Origin: Bacteroides uniformis
Lineage (GTDB): Bacteria; Bacillota; Clostridia; Oscillospirales; Acutalibacteraceae
Direction of reading: 5' to 3'
Assembly (NCBI GenBank): GCA_963611165.1
Contig: CAVDQG010000003.1
Span: 17,827 to 81,826, forward strand
Length of the DNA stretch: 64,000 nucleotides
Each line of letters opens with the position of its first letter. Positions within the stretch are counted from its first letter, which is position 1. A program made the translations under genes and the position numbers. Positions 54,759 to 64,000 of this stretch are shown piece by piece. Under the pieces are notes generated by a model. That model saw only the letters and a program-made list of their open reading frames with translations. It was not told the origin of the DNA and made no database searches.

Positions 54759-56570
54759 TTGGAGAAGAAACAGAAAAAAAGCACTATACTGCGTTTTTTC
54801 CCGTTTACGAAGGGCTTTAGGGGAATGTTCTTGACGTCGTTTCTTTTGGTTCTTATAAGCGTCGTCGCAAACTATCTGACACCTCAGGTGATAAGAATAA
54901 CGGTCGATTCTGTAATCGGAACAGAGCCGTTTGCACTGCCTGATTTTGCCGTTAACTTGATAAACAAAATCGGCGGAAGAGATGAGCTTGTGAAGCACAT
55001 TGCAATTTGTGCGGCGGTATCTTTGGTGCTTGCGGTAATCACGCAGACGGCAGACCTTTTTGCAAGGCGGCTTCTTGCCAAGTCCTGCGAGGGCACCATT
55101 AAGAGAATAAGGGACAGACTTTTTTCGCACATTCAGCGCCTTCCGTATGAGTGGCATAACCGCAACCAGACAGGCGATATAATTCAGCGCTGTTCGACAG
55201 ATGTCGAGACTATTCTGAGCTTTTTGAACGAACAGCTAACTGCCATGCTAAGAACCGTATTTTTGATAGTGGTTGCACTTATATTTATGATACCGATGAG
55301 CGCAAAGCTAAGCCTTATCGCAATAGGTTTTTTGCCGCTTACCATTGTCTATTCGTTCCTTTCGTATTCGCTTACGGCAAAGTTCTTTAAGGATGCGGAC
55401 GAATGCGAGGGTCAGCTTACGGCGATCGCTCAGGAGAATTTCACGGGAGTTCGTGTGGTAAGAGCATTCGGAAGAGAGAAGTTCGAGCTTGAGAAGTTCC
55501 ACGCAAAAAACGAGGAGTTCACGCAGAAATGGCAGAAACTTGGCAGAATCATGGGCTTTAACTGGGGTGCGGGAGATTTTCTCTCCTCTGCTCAGGCGAT
55601 AGTCATTTGTATCGTGGGAGTTGTTTTCACGGTTAAGGGAGAGCTGACAAGCGGAGAATTTCTCGCATTTGTATCCTACAATTCCATGCTTATCTGGCCG
55701 GTGAGAAACTTCGGAAGAATTTTGGCGGAGCTTTCCAAGACGAGTATAAGCTCGACGAGAATTTTCGAGATACTCGACGAGGAGGAAGAAAAGGACTGCG
55801 AAAATCCGTACACGGGAGAGATTAAGGGCGACATAGAATTTAAGAATGTCAGCTTTTCTTATAACGAAAACGGAGAAACTCTCGATAACATAAGCTTCAC
55901 CGTCAAGGAGGGAACAACACTCGGCATTCTCGGTTCGACCGGCTCGGGAAAGTCAACGCTTATGTATCTTCTCGACAGGCTCTATGAATTGCCGCGTGAA
56001 AACGGCAGCATAACCATAGGCGGAGTGGACATAAGGGACATGAAGCTCGAAAGCCTGAGAAGTAAAATCGGAATTGTTCTTCAGGAGCCGTTTCTTTTCT
56101 CAAAAAGCTTCAAGGAGACTATATCGGACGGTTCGCAGTATCACGACCTCGAGAGCGTGAGAAAATATGCTTCCTATGCGGTTATCGATGACACTATCGC
56201 AAATTTTGCCGAGGGCTATGACACTCAGATAGGCGAAAGGGGAGTCACGATTTCGGGCGGTCAAAAGCAGAGAGTTGCCATTGCGAGAATGCTCATGCAG
56301 GAGACTCCGATAAAGATTTTTGACGATTCCCTTTCGGCTGTAGATATGGAAACGGACGCCATGATAAGAGAGTCGATTAACAAAAATGTCAGCGGAACCA
56401 CGATAATCATTGCGCACAGAATTACAACGATTATGAATGCCGATAAAATCATCGTTCTCGATAAGGGCAGACTTGTCGAGGAGGGCACTCACGAGGAGCT
56501 TATCCGTGAGGACGGATTCTATAAGCGCATTTACGAAACTCAGAAGGCACCGACCGAAGGAGGGGAATAA
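54759..56570 (+). CDS. ABC exporter subunit (permease-ATPase), first of a heterodimeric pair
   Basis: 603 aa. TTG start lies after aaggggag. It has Walker A GSTGSGKST, signature ISGGQKQR and Walker B IFDDSLSAVD. Confidence 0.85.
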   Translation: MEKKQKKSTILRFFPFTKGFRGMFLTSFLLVLISVVANYLTPQVIRITVDSVIGTEPFALPDFAVNLINKIGGRDELVKHIAICAAVSLVLAVITQTADLFARRLLAKSCEGTIKRIRDRLFSHIQRLPYEWHNRNQTGDIIQRCSTDVETILSFLNEQLTAMLRTVFLIVVALIFMIPMSAKLSLIAIGFLPLTIVYSFLSYSLTAKFFKDADECEGQLTAIAQENFTGVRVVRAFGREKFELEKFHAKNEEFTQKWQKLGRIMGFNWGAGDFLSSAQAIVICIVGVVFTVKGELTSGEFLAFVSYNSMLIWPVRNFGRILAELSKTSISSTRIFEILDEEEEKDCENPYTGEIKGDIEFKNVSFSYNENGETLDNISFTVKEGTTLGILGSTGSGKSTLMYLLDRLYELPRENGSITIGGVDIRDMKLESLRSKIGIVLQEPFLFSKSFKETISDGSQYHDLESVRKYASYAVIDDTIANFAEGYDTQIGERGVTISGGQKQRVAIARMLMQETPIKIFDDSLSAVDMETDAMIRESINKNVSGTTIIIAHRITTIMNADKIIVLDKGRLVEEGTHEELIREDGFYKRIYETQKAPTEGGE

Positions 56571-58406
56571 ATGGATTTTAAATATGAGGATATGAAAGGC
56601 GTTTCGGGTTTCTCAACATGGAAGAAGCTCATGCCGACGATTAAGCCGTATGTGGGGCTTATGGCGAAGCTTGCCTTTTTCATGCTGCTTGCCTCGGCAG
56701 TGGACACATTTACGCCGCTAATGTCGGGCTATGCCGTAGACCTTTTTATCACAAAGGGCACGACAAAGGGACTTCCGATTTTTGCGATTGTGTGCGCCTT
56801 GGGCGGTCTTGCACTCGTGGTGAGTACCGTTATGATGGCAAAAATAGCCATTGATATCGAGATGTACATAAGCCGTGACTTGAAAAACAAGCTTTTTGAC
56901 CACCTTCAAATTTTAGGTTTTGACTACTACAACACCACGCCTGTCGGAACGATACTTGCAAGAGCACTTTCCGATTCGGGAAAAATCGGAACGGTTTTTG
57001 CGTGGAGTATGGTTGATATCGTGTGGTCTGTTGCTTTTGTTCTCGGCTCGATAGTTGTCATGTGCGTTATCAACATTAAGCTTGCCGCTCTCATCATTGT
57101 GATAATCCCGTTTATCGGCGTTATAACCTACTTTTTCCAGAAGAAGATATTGGCGGCAAACAGAGAGGTTCGTCATATCAATTCCGAGATAACAAGAAAC
57201 TTCAACGAGGGCATTTCGGGAGCGAAAACCTCGAAAACACTTGTTATCGAGAAGAAGAATGAGGAGCATTTTGAGGAGACAACCGAGCAGATGAGGCAGT
57301 CTTCCATCCGTGCCGTAACGATAAATGCGATTTATGTTCCTATAGTCTCGTTTCTCACGTCCCTTGCCGTTGCGTTCGTTCTGACAAAGGGCGGTTCATC
57401 GGTAATTCTTGGGGACATAAGCGTTGGCGAGCTCACAATCTTTTTCAACTACGCACTTGTCATTGCCGACCCCGTTCAGCAGTTTGCAAGGACGCTTTCA
57501 AGGCTTATTTCGACACAGGTAAATATCGAGAGATGCAATTATCTTCTTGAGATAGAGCCGCTTATCAAGGATAAGCCCGAGGTTGTGGAAAAATACGGAA
57601 CGGTGTTCGAGCCGAAAAAAGAGAATTGGGAGCCGATTGAGGGTCATATCGTCTTTGACGACATAAGCTTTAAGTATCCTGACGGAACGGACTACGTTTT
57701 GGAGCACTTCAGTCTTGATGTTCCCGCAGGCACAACGGTTGCGATAGTCGGAGAGACGGGAGCGGGAAAATCCACGCTTGTCAATTTGGCCTGCAGATTC
57801 TTTGAGCCGACAGACGGCAGAATTTTGATAGACGGTGTTGATTACCGTGAGAGAAGCTCGCTTTGGCTTCACTCGAACATCGGCTATGTTCTCCAGACGC
57901 CGCATCTTTTCTCGGGAACGGTCAAGGAAAATATCCGTTACGGAAGACTTGACGCTACAGATGAGGAGATTGTGGCGGCGGCTAAGCTTGTCTCGGCTCA
58001 TGACTCGATTATGAGAATGGAAAAGGGATACGACAGCGATGTCGGCGAGGGCGGCGACCAGCTTTCAACCGGAGAAAAACAGCTGATTTCCTTTGCGAGA
58101 GCGGTTCTTGCAGACCCGAAAATCTTCGTTCTCGATGAGGCGACCGCTTCAATCGATACGAGAACGGAACAGCTCATCCAGAATGCAATTTCCAAGCTTC
58201 TCGGAACAAGAACAAGCTTCCTTATTGCTCACCGACTTTCCACTATCCGTCAGGCGGATATGATTTTGGTGGTTAAGGGCGGAAAGATAATTGAGCGTGG
58301 AACGCACTTCGAGCTTATGAAGCAAGGCGGTTACTATGCTGATCTTTACAATAAGCAGTTCTCTGAGGAGAGTACAAAGAAAATCTTCGAGAGTGAAAAT
58401 GCCTGA
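56571..58406 (+). CDS. ABC exporter subunit (permease-ATPase), second of the pair
   Basis: 611 aa with Walker A GETGAGKST, signature LSTGEKQL and Walker B FVLDEATASID. Confidence 0.85.
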   Translation: MDFKYEDMKGVSGFSTWKKLMPTIKPYVGLMAKLAFFMLLASAVDTFTPLMSGYAVDLFITKGTTKGLPIFAIVCALGGLALVVSTVMMAKIAIDIEMYISRDLKNKLFDHLQILGFDYYNTTPVGTILARALSDSGKIGTVFAWSMVDIVWSVAFVLGSIVVMCVINIKLAALIIVIIPFIGVITYFFQKKILAANREVRHINSEITRNFNEGISGAKTSKTLVIEKKNEEHFEETTEQMRQSSIRAVTINAIYVPIVSFLTSLAVAFVLTKGGSSVILGDISVGELTIFFNYALVIADPVQQFARTLSRLISTQVNIERCNYLLEIEPLIKDKPEVVEKYGTVFEPKKENWEPIEGHIVFDDISFKYPDGTDYVLEHFSLDVPAGTTVAIVGETGAGKSTLVNLACRFFEPTDGRILIDGVDYRERSSLWLHSNIGYVLQTPHLFSGTVKENIRYGRLDATDEEIVAAAKLVSAHDSIMRMEKGYDSDVGEGGDQLSTGEKQLISFARAVLADPKIFVLDEATASIDTRTEQLIQNAISKLLGTRTSFLIAHRLSTIRQADMILVVKGGKIIERGTHFELMKQGGYYADLYNKQFSEESTKKIFESENA

Positions 58407-58420
58407 TATTTGAAAGAAAA

Positions 58421-58460
58421 CAGCCTATGAGAAATTTCATTGAAAAATTCTCATAGGCTG
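58421..58460. terminator. Bidirectional terminator between convergent genes
   Basis: cagcctatgagaa...ttctcataggctg, a 13-bp perfect stem. Confidence 0.7.
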
Positions 58461-58474
58461 TTAATTTTGGCTTA

Positions 58475-59164
58475 TTACAAAATGTGCGAATAGATCGATA
58501 CTCCGACAACAGTGAGTATACCTGCGACAACGACAGCAAGGCTTGAAAGAGCACCTTCGATTTCTCCGAGCTCCATTGCCTTTGATGTGCCGATTGCGTG
58601 GGACGCTGTGCCGAGGGCGATGCCTTTTGCGATAGGCTCTTCTATGCGGAAAATCTTAAGAATGAGATCGCCGAAAACATTTCCGAGTATTCCCGTGACG
58701 ATGATTACCGCAACCGTGACGGCAACATAGCCGCCTTGCTCCTCAGAAACCGCCATACCGATTGCCGTTGTGATTGATTTCGGTAAAAAGGTGACGTATT
58801 CTTCATGACTGAACCTGAATAAAAGAGCGAGAACAAGAACTGTTGTGAGAGATGTTACCGCTCCTGCTGTTACGCCGGCAATGATTGCTTTCCAGTTATT
58901 TTTGAGAATCTGAAATTGCTCATAAAGCGGAATCGCAAGGCAAACAGTAGCCGGGGTGAGAAGATAGCTTATATATTTTGCGCCTTCGTAGTAGGTGTCA
59001 TAGTCAATTCTGCATACGATAACGAAGATTATCGTGATAATAATTGAAATCAGAAGCGGATTTAAAAACGAACGGTTCCATTTCTTTTTCAGGTACATTC
59101 CCGCATAGTAAGCGGCAAGAGAGATGACCGCACCCATAAAGGTGGATTCTTGAAGTAAACTCAT
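58475..59164 (-). CDS. lrgB: LrgB/CidB-family membrane protein
   Basis: 229 aa, polytopic, overlapping the lrgA-like gene by 4 nt. Confidence 0.75.
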   Translation of the reverse strand: MSLLQESTFMGAVISLAAYYAGMYLKKKWNRSFLNPLLISIIITIIFVIVCRIDYDTYYEGAKYISYLLTPATVCLAIPLYEQFQILKNNWKAIIAGVTAGAVTSLTTVLVLALLFRFSHEEYVTFLPKSITTAIGMAVSEEQGGYVAVTVAVIIVTGILGNVFGDLILKIFRIEEPIAKGIALGTASHAIGTSKAMELGEIEGALSSLAVVVAGILTVVGVSIYSHIL

Positions 59165-59526
59165 AGCTCTGTCTCCTTATCCTGAGATTTTCTGACGATG
59201 AGCTGAGTGACGACTCCTGCCACGCCCATAACCAAGAAGGTGGTTACGATGGTTACGATTATATACGAAACCCAAGATGAACCGATTACCTCCCATGATT
59301 CTACCAGTCCCACGGCTGCGGGGATGAACATAACGGGCATAATCTCAACCAAGAATTTTCCTGTTTCTTTGACGCTCTCAAGCGGTAAGATTTTGGTTTG
59401 AAGTAAAATGAACAGCAGAATAATTCCGTAGATGCTTCCCGGTACGGGCAGCGGCAGAACGCTGTGAAGAAGATCTCCCGCAAAAGAGATGAGCAAAATA
59501 ATTGTGAATTGCTTCAGATATTTCAT
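59161..59526 (-). CDS. lrgA: LrgA/CidA-family holin-like protein
   Basis: 121 aa with four TM segments, directly upstream of lrgB. Confidence 0.75.
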   Translation of the reverse strand: MKYLKQFTIILLISFAGDLLHSVLPLPVPGSIYGIILLFILLQTKILPLESVKETGKFLVEIMPVMFIPAAVGLVESWEVIGSSWVSYIIVTIVTTFLVMGVAGVVTQLIVRKSQDKETEL

Positions 59527-59739
59527 ATTTATTCCTTCTTTCCTCTGTTATGCCGGGATACGAAACGAGCATAACCGTATATTAAAATAGACCTCATTTT
59601 TCCATTCGTCAATAGGAAATTAAATTTTTTTTGGTAAATATGAAACAATTTCATACTTAGGCTTAGTGCTAAATCCACAAAGAGAAGATGTTTAATTTTG
59701 GAATTAAGAAATAAAAGCGAAAGTTCTGACAAAAGAAAT

Positions 59740-59762
59740 GCACTCCGTTTTGTTCGGAGTGC
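59740..59762 (-). terminator. Terminator after the DUF1015 gene
   Basis: gcactccg-ttttgtt-cggagtgc, with a T-rich tail on the minus strand. Confidence 0.55.
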
Positions 59763-59772
59763 ACCAATAAGT

Positions 59773-61059
59773 TTACTTTAATTTAAGATCGTTTATGCAA
59801 AGCCCCGTGATGATTTTCGGGTAGAAGTAGGTGGATTTCTGCGGCATTTTCTCGCCTGCTCTTGCGACAGCGCCGATTTCTTCGACTCTTGTCGGATTGA
59901 TGATGAATGCGCACTGGGCGTTCTTTGCGTCAACCTCGCTTATTGCCTCGTCAAAGGAGCGAGTGTAAACAAGGTTTTTTCCGCTTGCCATGTTTTCCTT
60001 GTCGATTCCCAAGAGCTTCTCGAGAATGAGGGAGTGAAGAACGGATACATCAAGGCCACGGGACGCCTCGCTCTTATCGGGAAGAACGCTTTCCATTACG
60101 CTCAAATCCTTAAGCGTGAGAAGTGTCCACTTTCCGTTTCCACCGTAGTAGCCGAATGCTTTTTTGCCCTCGTTATAAAGCTCTGTGAGCTTTTTCTCCA
60201 TGTCGGAAACGTCTTCTCTTTCCTCTGCGAAGAAAAATTCCTTGCAGTCGTTCATGAGCTTTTCGCCGTCAAAGTTTTCAATACCCTTGATAAGGCGGTG
60301 AGTCGGGAAAACTACAAGACCGGGGTGAGCCATATCGACAAGCATCATCATGACGTAGTTTGAGCCCGGGCAGTAGATACCGTTTTCACGGCAGTAGTTT
60401 CTGAAATTGATTGCGGTTTCGTAGCGGTGGTGGCCGTCTGCGATATAGAGCTTTCTGTCGGCAAAGTCCTCGGCGATGGCGGCGATGGAAAGCTTGTCGT
60501 TTACTACCCACATGCGGTGAATGACAAGTCCGTTGTCAAACTCATATCTCGGCTTTGTTGTGGAAGCGAGGTTATCGAGCCTGTTGCTTGTGACATGCTT
60601 CTCGTCAATATATAGTGAATAAATCTGCGAGAAGTTGCAGAAGGTGGACTTCATAAGGTTAAGTCTGTCTTCTTTTGCCTTGGAGAGAGTTTCCTCATGC
60701 GGAAGGACTATTCCCGCAGAGAAGTCCTCAACCTGAACTCGGCAGATGAAGCCGCGAAGCTTCTTTGTTTCTCCGTGGTCAACCTGAGTTTTGAACTCCT
60801 CTTCGTAGATATAAATTCCCTCTTCCTCGTCGTGGGTCATGATATCGTTCTCGAGCCACTCGTCAAGAAGGCTCTTTGCCTCCTCGTAAGGATTCTCGCC
60901 CTTGGGGAGCTCAAGTCTAATCATATTGTAGGGATTGTTCTCAAGAAGTGAAAGTCGCTGACTTTCTGGTACAATGTCATACGGGGGACAGGTGAGGTCT
61001 TTGATGTCGCCTGCCTTCTCTGTGTATCGGACAGCTCTGAAAGCTTTGATTTCAGCCAA
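59773..61059 (-). CDS. DUF1015-family protein
   Basis: 428 aa. The N-terminus IKAFRAVRY...CPPYDIV is typical of DUF1015. Confidence 0.7.
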   Translation of the reverse strand: MAEIKAFRAVRYTEKAGDIKDLTCPPYDIVPESQRLSLLENNPYNMIRLELPKGENPYEEAKSLLDEWLENDIMTHDEEEGIYIYEEEFKTQVDHGETKKLRGFICRVQVEDFSAGIVLPHEETLSKAKEDRLNLMKSTFCNFSQIYSLYIDEKHVTSNRLDNLASTTKPRYEFDNGLVIHRMWVVNDKLSIAAIAEDFADRKLYIADGHHRYETAINFRNYCRENGIYCPGSNYVMMMLVDMAHPGLVVFPTHRLIKGIENFDGEKLMNDCKEFFFAEEREDVSDMEKKLTELYNEGKKAFGYYGGNGKWTLLTLKDLSVMESVLPDKSEASRGLDVSVLHSLILEKLLGIDKENMASGKNLVYTRSFDEAISEVDAKNAQCAFIINPTRVEEIGAVARAGEKMPQKSTYFYPKIITGLCINDLKLK

Positions 61060-61274
61060 AATAATTCTTCCTTTCCTGTTTTTTTCTTTGGGGTGTTTGA
61101 TTTGATTTTACAGTGAAACAGCACTTTAGTCAACTAAAATTTGAGGCTGAAAACGGCAGTCCCGTTTTTCTTGTGTGAACAATTTTATACGATAACATTC
61201 ACATATCCGTCACTTTACCGTTATATCATATCAAGCGGCAAAAAATATATACGACACGAAAGGAATGAATATAT

Positions 61275-62252
61275 ATGATAGAGGTAAAAAACCTCACCAA
61301 GCGTTACGGCGGCTTTACGGCGCTTAATAACGTATCCTTCAGCATTGACGAAGGACAGGTTATCGGTTTTCTTGGCCCTAACGGTGCGGGTAAGTCCACG
61401 GCAATGAACATAATCACGGGTTATCTCTCGGCAAGCGAGGGCTCCGTGACGGTTATGGGCAAGAGCATTCTTGACGAGCCGAACGAGGTAAAGTCCATGA
61501 TTGGCTATCTTCCCGAGATTCCGCCCGTTTACACGGATATGACGGTCAAGGAGTATCTTGGCTTCATGTACAATCTCAAAAAGGTAAAGATAAACAAAAA
61601 GGAGCACATTGAGGAAATCTGCGAGGTCACGAAGATAAGCGATGTTTACGGCAGACTTATCGGCAATCTCTCAAAAGGCTACCGCCAGAGAGTTGGTATC
61701 GCACAGGCACTTCTGGGAAATCCGCCCGTGCTTATTCTCGATGAGCCGACAGTCGGACTTGACCCGAAGCAGATTATCGAAATAAGAAACCTTGTGAAGA
61801 GACTGGGCAAAAACCATACGGTTATTTTAAGCTCGCATATTCTCTCCGAGGTTCAGGCGGTTTGCGACAGAATTCTTGTTATCAACCGAGGCAGACTTGT
61901 GGCAGACGGCACGGCGGAGCAGCTGCGCCACAGCCTTTCCGACGACCACAAGCTCACTTTAAGGGTTGAGGGCGAGGAGTCCGAAGTAATCGGCATTCTC
62001 AGGGCTCTTCCGTATATTAAGCGTGTCGATTCTCTCGGAAGCAAAGAAAAAGGCACGGTCGATTATCAGATTGAAAGTGTTGACGACAAGGATATCAGAC
62101 GAGAGATTTTCTCCGTTCTTGCCGAAAAGAAGCGTCCTATCCTTGAGATGAGGAGCACGGAGCTCACGCTTGAGGAGGTATTCTTGAAGCTTACTTCAAG
62201 CGACGCGTCCAACATAGCTGATGAAGAAACAAACGAAGGGGGAGAAAACTGA
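61275..62252 (+). CDS. ABC transporter ATP-binding protein (ABC-2/GldA-like)
   Basis: Walker A GPNGAGKST, signature LSKGYRQR and Walker B LILDEPTVGLD. Confidence 0.85.
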   Translation: MIEVKNLTKRYGGFTALNNVSFSIDEGQVIGFLGPNGAGKSTAMNIITGYLSASEGSVTVMGKSILDEPNEVKSMIGYLPEIPPVYTDMTVKEYLGFMYNLKKVKINKKEHIEEICEVTKISDVYGRLIGNLSKGYRQRVGIAQALLGNPPVLILDEPTVGLDPKQIIEIRNLVKRLGKNHTVILSSHILSEVQAVCDRILVINRGRLVADGTAEQLRHSLSDDHKLTLRVEGEESEVIGILRALPYIKRVDSLGSKEKGTVDYQIESVDDKDIRREIFSVLAEKKRPILEMRSTELTLEEVFLKLTSSDASNIADEETNEGGEN

Positions 62253-62956
62253 TGGGTGCGATATTTAAAAGAGAGCTGAAAAGCTATTTTTCTTCACCCG
62301 TAGGTTACGTATGCGTTGCGGCTATTGCGGCAATTTACGGATTTTTCTACTATAACGTCATGCTCACGGGCTCAAGCTCGTACATCACGAGTGCATACAG
62401 CTCGATTTATCTTTTCGGCATGATGATAATTCCCGTTATCACAATGAAGAGTATGTCTGAGGACAGAAAGAACAAAACAGACCAAGCACTTTTGACTGCT
62501 CCCGTGGGAGTTACTTCAATAGTTCTCGGAAAGTTTCTTGCGGCTTATATGGTTTATATAATCGCATCAACTATGGGACTTGTGCCTGCCGTGGTTCTCG
62601 AGTTCTTCGGAAATCCGCCATGGGGCATCGTTATCGGAAACTACATCGCAACTTTACTTTACGGCGGCGCAATGGTTTCAATCGGCGTATTTATTTCTAG
62701 CCTTACCGTAAGCCAAGTTATTGCGGCTATTTCAACCTTTATTGTTTCCGTGGCACTTATGTATGTCAGCAGCATCACATCTTCACTTTCGGGAACAACT
62801 GCGGGAAAGATTATCGAATTTCTTTCTTTCTCAACAAGATACAATGTTTTCACAACAGGAATATTCAGTATAGCTAACTGTGTTTATTTCATAAGCGTTA
62901 TGGCGGTTTTCGTCTTTCTTACTGCAAGAAAGCTTGAGTCTAGACGCTGGAGCTGA
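62252..62956 (+). CDS. ABC-2 type permease (GldF-like)
   Basis: 234 aa with six TM segments. The start overlaps the upstream stop. Confidence 0.7.
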   Translation: MGAIFKRELKSYFSSPVGYVCVAAIAAIYGFFYYNVMLTGSSSYITSAYSSIYLFGMMIIPVITMKSMSEDRKNKTDQALLTAPVGVTSIVLGKFLAAYMVYIIASTMGLVPAVVLEFFGNPPWGIVIGNYIATLLYGGAMVSIGVFISSLTVSQVIAAISTFIVSVALMYVSSITSSLSGTTAGKIIEFLSFSTRYNVFTTGIFSIANCVYFISVMAVFVFLTARKLESRRWS

Positions 62957-62973
62957 GAAAGGAGGGGCGACTG

Positions 62974-63999
62974 ATGTTAGAAAGTAAAAATACAGGCAAG
63001 GAAAATGAACTCGAAACAGAGGTTGACACAAATGTCAACGAAGAGATTTTGAACGGACTTGCCGAAAAGGATAACGAAAAGAACGATTCAGGCGAAAAAA
63101 CGCCCGAAGAGCCGACAGAAACAGCGGCTGAAAACGAGGCTGATGAAGTTGAAAATTCCGAGGAATCGGAAGAAGCCGAGGACAAAAAATCGGCTGAAGA
63201 AACAGAGAAATTAAGCGTAGTCGAAGAAGAGCCGAAAAAGAAGAAAAAGAAGAAATCAAATCCATTCAAGACGGAGAAATTCCGCAGAGGTTCGATGGGA
63301 TTTGCTTTCACGGTTGTTTTCATCGCACTTTTGGTTGTTGTAAACGTAATTTTCTCGGTTCTCGAGGATAAGTATCCGTCGATGAAAATCGACCTCACAT
63401 CTCAGAAACTCAATTCGCTTTCGGAGAGCACGAAGAGCGTTGCCGAGAATCTGACATCGGATATTGAGATTTACATCATCGGCGAAGAGGACGCTGTCAG
63501 AAACGATCAGCTTTATTCAAGCTACAATGTAAAATATTCTCAGCTTGCAAACCTTTGCGACAGACTTGCCGAGAACGATAAGATTACCGTTAAGTATGTC
63601 GATCCCGATGCAGACCCGTCATTCATCAGCCAGTATTCGGACGATAATCTCTCGAGCGGTATGGTTCTTATCAAGAGCGACAAGAGATACCGTGTTCTCT
63701 CGGTATCGGACCTCTTTGAGATTAACTATGACGAGTCATATAATGCGGTGAACTACAGCAAGGTTGATGGTGCGCTTGCAAACGCAATGTACCTTGTCGA
63801 TATGGATACCGTTCCCGTTATTGCCGTTGACACCGGCTACGGAGAGCTTTTGAGCGATGATTACAGAACTTCGCTTGACGATCTTCTCGAGGGCAACTGC
63901 TTTGAGATTAAGGAATTCAATCTTTTGACAGACGATATTCCCGAGGATGCGACTATGGTTATGCTCCTCACTCCGACAACTGACCTTACAGATGAGGAT
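62974..63999 (+). CDS. GldG-like ABC-transport auxiliary protein, 3'-truncated by the window end
   Basis: My own translation starts at ATG 62974, after SD aaaggagg, and stays open to the window end. It has an acidic low-complexity N-terminus, a K7 run, a TM helix and then a GldG-like region (IEIYIIG..., VKYVDPD...). Confidence 0.6.
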   Translation, partial: MLESKNTGKENELETEVDTNVNEEILNGLAEKDNEKNDSGEKTPEEPTETAAENEADEVENSEESEEAEDKKSAEETEKLSVVEEEPKKKKKKKSNPFKTEKFRRGSMGFAFTVVFIALLVVVNVIFSVLEDKYPSMKIDLTSQKLNSLSESTKSVAENLTSDIEIYIIGEEDAVRNDQLYSSYNVKYSQLANLCDRLAENDKITVKYVDPDADPSFISQYSDDNLSSGMVLIKSDKRYRVLSVSDLFEINYDESYNAVNYSKVDGALANAMYLVDMDTVPVIAVDTGYGELLSDDYRTSLDDLLEGNCFEIKEFNLLTDDIPEDATMVMLLTPTTDLTDED

Positions 64000-64000
64000 G

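Noticed and set aside
62940-63398. 152-aa minus-strand Ser/Phe-rich ORF.
   Set aside because: It is the antisense shadow of the acidic low-complexity N-terminus of the GldG-like gene.

Overview
The window looks like chromosomal DNA from a low/medium-GC Firmicute. Gene content suggests Clostridia, possibly Oscillospiraceae/Ruminococcaceae-like, but that taxon call is inference only. Most of the window is dense housekeeping. It includes an argG-argH-argC-argJ-argB-argD operon on the minus strand, lepA-hemW, a Cys T-box leader followed by cysE-cysS, and dus-polA-rlmA. It also has a PTP-rimI-tsaD group, prmC, rsmE/rsmI, cardiolipin synthase, an OmpR/HK two-component pair, lrgAB, two ABC exporter pairs and a gldAFG-like ABC system. 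I saw no transposase, phage gene, CRISPR array or tRNA. The clear outlier is the first ~4.1 kb. It holds six tandem genes for 48-53 aa peptides (the first cut by the window edge) that share a leader-like motif and have hypervariable Cys-containing C-termini. A hairpin terminator follows, then a 375-aa protein combining an HPr-kinase-like P-loop domain with a C-terminal PqqD/RRE-like domain, then an ABC exporter. I read this as a multi-precursor RiPP-type locus, possibly peptide-phosphorylating. I cannot assign it to a described RiPP class, and its upstream part lies outside the window. Other points worth a second look: two tandem 5S rRNA genes with their own promoter and terminator and no 16S/23S nearby; a ~900-nt region between cysS and dus with no long ORF but two micro-ORFs and a run of perfect hairpins; a structured leader with a tandem 13-nt repeat upstream of a DUF1538/P-II-like pair; and a 24-nt terminator hairpin duplicated around a 233-nt non-coding insert.
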